This document shows, one piece after another, positions 26,514 through 32,000 of a DNA stretch of 32,000 bases (positions are counted from its first letter, which is position 1; the number at the start of each line of letters is the position of its first letter). The notes beneath the pieces were generated by a model. It was not told where the DNA came from, did not search any database, and saw nothing but the letters and a program-made list of their open reading frames with translations. This DNA is from Vulcanisaeta distributa DSM 14429. GTDB taxonomy: Archaea > Thermoproteota > Thermoprotei > Thermoproteales > Thermocladiaceae. A program made the translations under genes and the position numbers. The stretch is taken from assembly GCF_000148385.1 (NCBI RefSeq), contig NC_014537.1, forward strand, positions 1,710,001 to 1,742,000, read 5' to 3'.

Positions 26514-27003
26514 ATGGAAATCAAAAACAACATAGTGATAGATAAGGTAAGTAAGGATCTAATTGTTCTAAGGTATAACGATACATTGACGAGGTACTTT
26601 AAGGCATTATGGCAAATACCCGAGGGAGTTATGTACAATGCACATCTATTTAATTGATGATACGGCAATACTCTTTGACACGTGGAAGAAGAGCTTAGAG
26701 CATGATTTCTTTGGCGCCTCTGAGTTCTATGATAGAAATCTGTGACCTGGATTGTGTTGTGATTCACCATATGGAACCAGATCACAATGGATTGATAAAG
26801 GCTTTACATGAGAAGAACCCAGGTATCACCCTCATTGAGCGCTCAATGACTAATAAGTTAATGAGGAGTCTCTATGGGATAAGCCCAAATTTAAGGCTGT
26901 TAAGGACGGTGAGGTATTGAGTACGAAGGATTATCAGTTAATGTTTATTCACGTGCTATGGCTTCATAGGCCCAAGACCATGTTCATATACATACCCAAA
27001 TGA
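26514..27003 (+). pseudogene. Degraded, truncated flavodiiron protein (FprA/type-A flavoprotein, metallo-beta-lactamase domain) remnant
   Basis: Homology runs through four frame segments. (1) 26514-26654: MEIKNNIVIDKVSKDLIVLRYNDTLTRYFKALWQIPEGVMYNAHLFN, then TGA. (2) From 26650: LIDDTAILFDTWKKSLEHDFF. (3) The 26702 frame: ICDLDCVVIHHMEPDHNGLIKALHEKNPGITLIERS. (4) From 26890: FKAVKDGEVLSTKDYQLMFIHVLWLHRPKTMFIYIPK, then TGA at 27001. These match the FDP pattern (W-x-IP-x-G-x-x-YN-x-YLI; NH-x-EPDH-x-G; LHWPDSM-x-x-Y). Confidence 0.7.
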
Positions 27004-27063
27004 AGTCAGTAACACATTAACCCAATAGAGTGAGATTAATCAATACCCAATCAGGACAAAAAA

Positions 27064-27071
27064 CTTAAATT
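27064..27071 (+). promoter_or_regulatory. TATA-like box for tRNA-Asn
   Basis: CTTAAATT, preceded by an A-tract, lies about 25 nt upstream of tRNA position 1 (27093). Confidence 0.5.
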
Positions 27072-27092
27072 CTAACAAGGCAGCATTGACTT

Positions 27093-27180
27093 GCCGCCGT
27101 AGCTCAGCCCGGTAGAGCGGCGGGCTGTTAACCCTGCAGGAACCCGTAGGTCCCGGGTTCAAATCCCGGCGGCGGCGCCA
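27093..27180 (+). tRNA. tRNA-Asn (anticodon GUU) with an 11-nt intron at the canonical 37/38 position and an encoded 3' CCA
   Basis: Hand-folded cloverleaf. Acceptor stem GCCGCCG/CGGCGGC; D stem GCTC/GAGC; anticodon stem GCGGG/CCCGT once 27131-27141 is removed; loop CT-GTT-AA; T stem CCGGG/CCCGG with loop TTCAAAT; discriminator G followed by CCA. Confidence 0.9.
27131..27141 (+). other. tRNA intron (ACCCTGCAGGA) with relaxed bulge-helix-bulge (BHL) geometry
   Basis: A 4-bp central helix forms between C32-U35 (27125-27128) and intron G6-G9 (27136-27139). Each predicted cleavage site lies 2 nt 3' of a helix strand (UA|A and GA|A). The 3' site sits in a 3-nt bulge next to the anticodon stem. 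Confidence 0.7.
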
Positions 27181-27186
27181 ACACGG

Positions 27187-27197
27187 TTGTTTTGTTT
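27187..27197 (+). terminator. T-rich tract downstream of tRNA-Asn (archaeal oligo-T terminator candidate)
   Basis: TTGTTTTGTTT begins 7 nt after the encoded CCA. Confidence 0.4.
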
Positions 27198-27223
27198 CGG
27201 CCTGTGGGCATTTTAGGTGACGT

Positions 27224-27808
27224 TCACCACCTATGCGGTTCAGCCTCACCTGTCGCTATTATTTTTAGTCTTTCTATTCCGTTTATCTTCCTTATTATTT
27301 CAGCTACGGATTTCGGTACGAGTTTTTCCCACTCAGGGTCGTCCCTAAGCATTAATTCTCTAATCCTTGTGGAATTATATTTCTGCCTATCATAAAGTGG
27401 TTGTTGCCTTACCTCGATACCCACCTCCTTGAGTAACATAGCTACGAATGGGTTGCCCGTATAGGCAACTTGAAATGGTGGTACGTACGACCTTAAGTAA
27501 CCGAACCATGCTGCATTATTTTCAATGTTTGGTATTGGTACGATTATAATCCTCGACAAGTCCACACCACCCTCCCTTAAAGCCTCTCTTAACATCCAAA
27601 TTCTTTCACCCACGGTGAATGGGTCCTTAATTATGTAATTGAATTGCGCAGAACCAATCACTATTATTAACTCATTAACCTCATTAAGTATATCCTTTAC
27701 TGCCCAAACATGTCCCCAATGAGGTGGTTGAAACCTACCAATGAAAAGACCCCTAATCATTACATTCACTAATTTCGGTAATATTAAGTCCCCCCTTTTA
27801 TTACTCAC
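27224..27808 (-). CDS. nadM: Nicotinamide-nucleotide adenylyltransferase (archaeal NMNAT)
   Basis: MIRGLFIGRFQPPHWGH matches the archaeal NMNAT N-terminal (H/T)xGH nucleotidyltransferase motif, and STRIRELM lies near the C-terminus. The track start is GTG 27808; ATG 27760 (M17, MIRGLFIGRFQP) is an equally plausible start. Confidence 0.85.
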   Translation of the reverse strand: MSNKRGDLILPKLVNVMIRGLFIGRFQPPHWGHVWAVKDILNEVNELIIVIGSAQFNYIIKDPFTVGERIWMLREALREGGVDLSRIIIVPIPNIENNAAWFGYLRSYVPPFQVAYTGNPFVAMLLKEVGIEVRQQPLYDRQKYNSTRIRELMLRDDPEWEKLVPKSVAEIIRKINGIERLKIIATGEAEPHRW

Positions 27809-27895
27809 GCAATGGCTGTAATTCTATAGCTATCTATTAAAAACTCGACAGTTGACTAATACCTTAAATCTAGTTAAACTATATACTAGGATAGT

Positions 27896-27905
27896 ATTTA
27901 AATAA
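27896..27905 (+). promoter_or_regulatory. TATA-like box for citrate synthase
   Basis: TATTTAAATA is centred about 28 nt upstream of ATG 27928. Confidence 0.5.
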
Positions 27906-27927
27906 GTGTTTATTAAGTCGAAAGCGT

Positions 27928-29124
27928 ATGAGTGAGGAGGTTAAGGAGGTTAAGATTGAGACCAGTGGTAAAGTCATTCAAAGTCCTTGCGGACCTATAA
28001 TTCATGGTCTTGAGGACGTCCTTGTAAAGACCACCACCATAAGTGATATTGATGGTAAAAACGGAATTCTTTGGTATAGGGGTTATAGAATTGATGACTT
28101 AGCTAAATACTCAACATTTGAAGAGGTGGCGTATTTAATACTCTACGGTAAATTACCTAATAGGAAGGAGCTTGAAGACTTTAAGGAATTGTTGGCCTCA
28201 TATAGGGACTTACCCAGTGAGGTTTATTCAATAGTAACTACCTTAGGTAAGGTTAAGGCGCACCCAATGCTAGCCCTAGAGGCCGGTGTGGCCGCCCTGG
28301 GTGCCTTTGATGAGAACCCAAACGATTACAGTAAGGAGGCCAATCTCAAGAGGGCTGTTAAACTAACGTCAGCCCTACCAATAATGATAGCCGCACATTA
28401 CAGAGCCAGTAGAGGTCTTGACCTAGTTAAGCCTAGGAAGGATCTAAGCCACGCCGCTAACTTCCTCTATATGATGTTTGGGAAGGAGCCCGATGAAACA
28501 TCGACAAAGGCAATAGACCTATACTTAGTCCTCCACATTGATCATGAGGTGCCTGCATCGACATTCGCTACGCTGGTAGCAATATCGACATGGACGGATT
28601 TGTATTCAGCTATCGCAGCCGGTATAGCCACACTGAAGGGTCCACTCCATGGTGGTGCCAATGAGGCTGCAATGAAGCAATACCTAGAGATTGGAAGTCC
28701 CGAGAATGCTAGGCCATACGTGGAGAAACTACTTGCGGAGGGAAAGAGAGTGATGGGTGTTGGTCATAGGGTGTATAAGGCCTATGATCCAAGGGCAAGG
28801 ATTTACAAGGAGCTTGTTAGGCAGTTAAGCGAGGTCAAGGGTAATATGACGTGGTATAGGATTGCAGAGGAGGTGGAGAAGGTAGTCCTTGAGAAGTTGG
28901 CTCCGAAGAAGCTTTATCCAAATATTGACTTCTGGAGTGGCATAGCCATGTACCTGCTCGGAATACCCTATGAATACTACACGCCAATATTTGCGATGTC
29001 GAGGGTGGTTGGGTGGGCTGCGCACGCCATTGAGTATTTAGACCAGCACAGGTTATTTAGACCTAGGGCATGTTACACAGGTCCTCATGACGTACCCTAC
29101 GTACCCATCGATAAAAGGCAGTGA
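27928..29124 (+). CDS. gltA: Citrate synthase (or 2-methylcitrate synthase)
   Basis: Catalytic regions GPLHGGANEAAM, VMGVGHRVYKAYDPRA and NIDFWSG. Confidence 0.9.
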   Translation: MSEEVKEVKIETSGKVIQSPCGPIIHGLEDVLVKTTTISDIDGKNGILWYRGYRIDDLAKYSTFEEVAYLILYGKLPNRKELEDFKELLASYRDLPSEVYSIVTTLGKVKAHPMLALEAGVAALGAFDENPNDYSKEANLKRAVKLTSALPIMIAAHYRASRGLDLVKPRKDLSHAANFLYMMFGKEPDETSTKAIDLYLVLHIDHEVPASTFATLVAISTWTDLYSAIAAGIATLKGPLHGGANEAAMKQYLEIGSPENARPYVEKLLAEGKRVMGVGHRVYKAYDPRARIYKELVRQLSEVKGNMTWYRIAEEVEKVVLEKLAPKKLYPNIDFWSGIAMYLLGIPYEYYTPIFAMSRVVGWAAHAIEYLDQHRLFRPRACYTGPHDVPYVPIDKRQ

Positions 29125-29144
29125 TAGGCCTTCGCTAGTAAAAA

Positions 29145-29411
29145 GTGTTAAAAGCACTGCATTTCTTAATTTCTTCGATTTCGATGCCTAATGATGAATT
29201 ATTAAAGGAATTGAAGAATATACAGATTAGCCTAAGAGGATTGGCTGCCCGCGCCGTGATCAATTACATATTAACCGAACTCAACGAAATTAATTCAGTA
29301 ACTGAGGATGAACTTAACGCTATACTGCGTAACGCCCTAAACCTAGTGGAGATTGAGGAAAGTGATATCCGTAGAGTTAGGGAATTCATTGAGAAGATGA
29401 TTTATCAATGA
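29145..29411 (+). CDS. Hypothetical small helical protein
   Basis: ORF with GTG at 29145 or ATG at 29184 (MPNDELLKELKN...). Its stop overlaps the next ATG (ATGA at 29408-29411). I recognise no family. Confidence 0.4.
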   Translation: MLKALHFLISSISMPNDELLKELKNIQISLRGLAARAVINYILTELNEINSVTEDELNAILRNALNLVEIEESDIRRVREFIEKMIYQ

Positions 29412-29782
29412 GCCTTGTTTACCTAATCAAGTGGAAGGAATGCCTTGATAGTGTTATTAAGAACGAAAATGTAAACATACTCAGTTTAAGTAATGAGGGA
29501 GCGCTAGTAATGACTAATGATGATACGAATTTTATGAATAAGGCCCTTGATAATGGATGTACGGCATACGCGAGGTACTATAGATTTAGGGTGATTAAGG
29601 CAGGTAATTTAGACGATACTCAAAGGATCATTAAGCCACTCGATATGTGGGTCGAGAATTATATACTTAATATAGTCATTAACCCGTTAAGGCTTAGCAC
29701 GTTTGATATTGCCAAAATACTTTATGGCTTGAACTTTGAATTGGAGTTGATAAGTGAGGATGATGTTGAGTATACGAAATGA
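29408..29782 (+). CDS. Hypothetical protein (124 aa)
   Basis: Translationally coupled to the preceding small ORF through an ATGA overlap. I recognise no motifs. Confidence 0.45.
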   Translation: MSLVYLIKWKECLDSVIKNENVNILSLSNEGALVMTNDDTNFMNKALDNGCTAYARYYRFRVIKAGNLDDTQRIIKPLDMWVENYILNIVINPLRLSTFDIAKILYGLNFELELISEDDVEYTK

Positions 29783-29828
29783 TGGGTAAGGGAAAACTCT
29801 TATGTTTATAGATAGTAAGTAATATTAA

Positions 29829-30584
29829 ATGGATATCACGAGCTTCATGAATAGGGAAGCGACGCCGGACCTCGAATACCTGGTTGACCCATCACCAACC
29901 GAGGCTCTTCGACTCATAAATCTTAGGAAGAGTACCCACGTAATACTCATTTATGGAGACATGACTGCGTTTTACGAAGGTAGGGCAAAGTCGCAACTTG
30001 AGGATTTAATGCCTAGGTTGGTCATATCGAAGCCTGATGGGACGTTCATGGTTCATGAATCTAATAAGGAGAAACCCAGGCTTTGGAATCCACCACCATC
30101 TACGCTATATGCCTCAATAAATCTCGGCGTACTAACACTCAGGAGTGTTAGGGCAAGCCCTAGGGAGGTGGTTATGGTGGAGATACCTGTGATTAGGTTC
30201 GTTAGCGCTGTGAGGCTTGGTATTACGTTGAATTACAGGGTCTTTGGTACTGAGGAGGACTTAGTAAATGCCATAGTAAGTAACCCAAGTATTGTTGAGG
30301 ATGGACTACAAATAATCGCCAGGGAGTACCATACGATTGTTGGCGATATAGACCTACTGGGTAAGGACTCCAAGGGCAACCTTGTGGTTATTGAATGCAA
30401 GAGGAGCCAGGCAGGTCCAGAGGCTGTTAATCAACTTAAGCGTTACGTAGAGCACTTAAGTCAAAAGGAGAGCAAAAACGTTAGGGGTATACTCGTTGCA
30501 CCCTCAATATCGTCCGCAGCCTACCACTACTTAAGGCAGTACGGACTTGAGTTTAGGCGTGTTGAACCAAAGAGCTTAATTTAG
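29829..30584 (+). CDS. nucS: Endonuclease NucS/EndoMS (mismatch-specific, RecB-like nuclease fold)
   Basis: N-terminal domain YEGRAKSQL...ISKPDGTFMVHE...PRLWNPP. C-terminal PD-(D/E)xK core VGDIDLLGKDSKGNLVVIECKR...NQLKRYVEHL...VRGILVAPSIS. Confidence 0.9.
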   Translation: MDITSFMNREATPDLEYLVDPSPTEALRLINLRKSTHVILIYGDMTAFYEGRAKSQLEDLMPRLVISKPDGTFMVHESNKEKPRLWNPPPSTLYASINLGVLTLRSVRASPREVVMVEIPVIRFVSAVRLGITLNYRVFGTEEDLVNAIVSNPSIVEDGLQIIAREYHTIVGDIDLLGKDSKGNLVVIECKRSQAGPEAVNQLKRYVEHLSQKESKNVRGILVAPSISSAAYHYLRQYGLEFRRVEPKSLI

Positions 30585-30585
30585 A

Positions 30586-31137
30586 TCATGGTATTGCTGA
30601 GAATAGTACTAGGAATACTACGGCGAGGATAACGGACATTATATACCAGCGCAGGGAAAGTATCGTTAGGTCCCTAAATTCCCTATTTCTTCCGTAATTA
30701 ATCAGCAACAGCGTTAAAAGCAGACCATCTGTTGAGGGTATCGCGATTATGATCGATAGCAATATTGTCTCGGCCATTATTGACACGGCAGTACTGCTTG
30801 ACACGGCATTCGTGGCAATACCAGCATAGACCCACTGCTCGGCCGTATTCCAAATACCAAAGAGCGGTATTAATGATGGACCTAACGACATCATTAGGTT
30901 AGTTAGCTTGTAAGAGAAGGCTGCGACCTGGGACACTGATGATAACTTATTAATCATTGACTCCTCCTGATTAATTTCCTGGTTTACCTGGGATGCGAAT
31001 TGCTGGCCGGGCTTTACAGCATATCCAAGGAAGTAAGCCGCCAGATAAAGCAACAGTAGTACTAGGAATAGGTATATCCTGAACCTCCCCAACTTGCCTA
31101 CTATGGAAATCCTTATCCTTTCCTCCTGTGTTAGCAT
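30586..31137 (-). CDS. Integral membrane protein (possibly SpoIIM/DUF95-like)
   Basis: Four to five hydrophobic helices. A TATA-like CATTTTTAAAG lies about 30 nt upstream on the minus strand. The family assignment is tentative. Confidence 0.55.
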   Translation of the reverse strand: MLTQEERIRISIVGKLGRFRIYLFLVLLLLYLAAYFLGYAVKPGQQFASQVNQEINQEESMINKLSSVSQVAAFSYKLTNLMMSLGPSLIPLFGIWNTAEQWVYAGIATNAVSSSTAVSIMAETILLSIIIAIPSTDGLLLTLLLINYGRNREFRDLTILSLRWYIMSVILAVVFLVLFSAIP

Positions 31138-31190
31138 TCATTACTCATTAATCGTGGGCTTTAAAAATGATTACTCTCTCACTTGGTTAA

Positions 31191-31886
31191 TCACGCCTTA
31201 AGCACTATGTGCTCAACACTATCCTTATAAGTCCTAGTGATTATACCCTGCTTCTCCAGATTCCTCAGTGCCAGGTCTATGTAGGTGACCTTAACCTTGA
31301 GGATCTCATCGCCATACCAATCAACCAACTTATTAATTATCTCATTCAAAGTCCACTCCCTCTTACCACCCTTAGACTCCTCGGTAAGTACCCTCCTTAT
31401 GAAGTTCGTAGTGTCTTCGGTGATATTCCACGGATAGACAAACCACGTCCAATCCCTAACCTCAATAGCCCAATAATCAGGCTTAAACTTGGCAACCGTC
31501 GATATCCACTGAAGGGCTGCTGTCCTTACCTCTACGTTTTTGTTATTACGTTCTATGTGCTCCTTAGCTAATTGTATAGAGTCCCCAGTATCAACTATGT
31601 CATCTATCACAAGAACCTTCTTACCGCTTAGATCAACGGATAAGGGGTACTTAATGTATGCCTTCTCAGCGACCTGGGCTGTTGATGGCCAATGAACAAC
31701 CTGGAGACTTATTAAGTCGGTAATGCCTAAGTAATCGCAGACGAGCCTGGCCGGTGCATAACCACCCCTGGCTATTGCAACTACGATATCCGGTAACCAA
31801 CCTGAATCCTTTATTTTCATTGATAATACCCTAGCCCACTCGGCTATTTCATCCCAACTAACAAGCCTTATTGGTACCTTAACCAC
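31191..31886 (-). CDS. Type I (purine-type) phosphoribosyltransferase with a C-terminal extension of about 65 aa
   Basis: PRPP-binding motif VLVIDDIVDTGDSI and N-terminal DIVVAIARGGYAPARLV. The extra C-terminal segment ...TYIDLALRNLEKQGIITRTYKD is winged-helix-like. GTG start. Confidence 0.8.
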   Translation of the reverse strand: MVKVPIRLVSWDEIAEWARVLSMKIKDSGWLPDIVVAIARGGYAPARLVCDYLGITDLISLQVVHWPSTAQVAEKAYIKYPLSVDLSGKKVLVIDDIVDTGDSIQLAKEHIERNNKNVEVRTAALQWISTVAKFKPDYWAIEVRDWTWFVYPWNITEDTTNFIRRVLTEESKGGKREWTLNEIINKLVDWYGDEILKVKVTYIDLALRNLEKQGIITRTYKDSVEHIVLKA

Positions 31887-31939
31887 GTTTTTTGATAATT
31901 CTCATGACTGATTTATAAATTTCATGCTCACGCTGAGAT

Positions 31940-31958
31940 AATGCATTATTAATGCATT
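31940..31958. repeat. Perfect 19-bp palindrome AATGCATTA-T-TAATGCATT
   Basis: Read directly from the sequence: the 9-nt arms are exact reverse complements with a 1-nt spacer. It lies in the intergenic region after the PRTase gene. Confidence 0.8.
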
Positions 31959-32000
31959 TAAACTTTGATGTTTGCTAATTCGGAAGTGCTTTATGGCAAT

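Noticed and set aside
26492-26920. Track ORFs 26492-26785 (minus strand) and 26702-26920 (plus strand) as independent genes
   Set aside because: The plus-strand ORF is only one frame segment of the flavodiiron pseudogene. The minus-strand ORF is antisense to it, with non-protein-like composition.
27213-27226. Short hairpin GGTGA-CGT-TCACC at the NMNAT stop codon
   Set aside because: It has only a 5-bp stem with a 3-nt loop and lies partly inside coding sequence. It is too weak to call a structural element.
27040-27249. 69-aa minus-strand ORF
   Set aside because: It runs antisense straight through the tRNA-Asn gene, and its Arg/Pro-rich sequence comes from the GC-rich tRNA stems. It is not a gene.
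27192-27395. 67-aa plus-strand ORF
   Set aside because: It is antisense to the well-supported NMNAT gene and has no motif.
12783-31571. Further antisense ORFs (12783-13001, 14077-14322, 15028-15294, 16129-16347, 17099-17302, 18088-18387, 19461-19802, 20202-20642, 21858-22082, 25921-26256, 26240-26440, 28825-29025, 31209-31571)
   Set aside because: The reasoning is the same: the opposite strand carries a motif-supported gene, and none of these shows a recognisable motif or promoter.
1-32000. CRISPR arrays, IS elements/transposases, integrases, prophage or known defence-system genes
   Set aside because: I looked for regularly spaced repeats, terminal inverted repeats, DDE or tyrosine-recombinase motifs and defence-associated domains in all ORFs, and none was seen. 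The CPBP (Abi-family) protease alone is not evidence of a defence system.

Overview
The window looks like a gene-dense (about 90% coding) chromosomal segment of a crenarchaeon. The supporting evidence is a family-B DNA polymerase that aligns from memory almost residue-for-residue with Sulfolobus Dpo1/PolB1, an archaeal class-I CCA-adding enzyme, TiaS, NucS/EndoMS, an intron-containing tRNA, and TATA-like boxes about 25-30 nt upstream of many start codons, which implies leaderless mRNAs. AGG/AGA and ATA codon usage and moderate GC suggest a Thermoproteales-like organism (Vulcanisaeta or Caldivirga type); this is inference and was not checked by any search.

Most of the content is housekeeping:
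- Replication and repair: PolB1, PCNA, NucS.
- Translation and RNA modification: uS13, Nep1, a Trm11-like methylase, CCA enzyme, TiaS, tRNA-Asn.
- Central and cofactor metabolism: GDH, citrate synthase, HPS, NMNAT, AcnX large subunit.
- UDP-sugar synthesis: glmS plus two NTP-transferase/LbH enzymes.
- Lipid head-group synthesis.

I saw no CRISPR array, transposase, integrase or recognisable defence system.

The items most worth a second look are:
1. Poly-glutamate N-terminal extensions on both PCNA and PolB1, plus a small acidic-tailed ORF next to polB1.
2. A 469-aa protein with CobB/CobQ-type domains in inverted order, sitting in an apparent operon with an orphan AcnX large subunit and a Pnk-type HAD phosphatase.
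3. A multiply frameshifted, truncated flavodiiron-protein pseudogene abutting an intron-containing tRNA-Asn.
4. Several tightly coupled orphan ORFs.

All family assignments come from motif recognition by eye, not from database searches.
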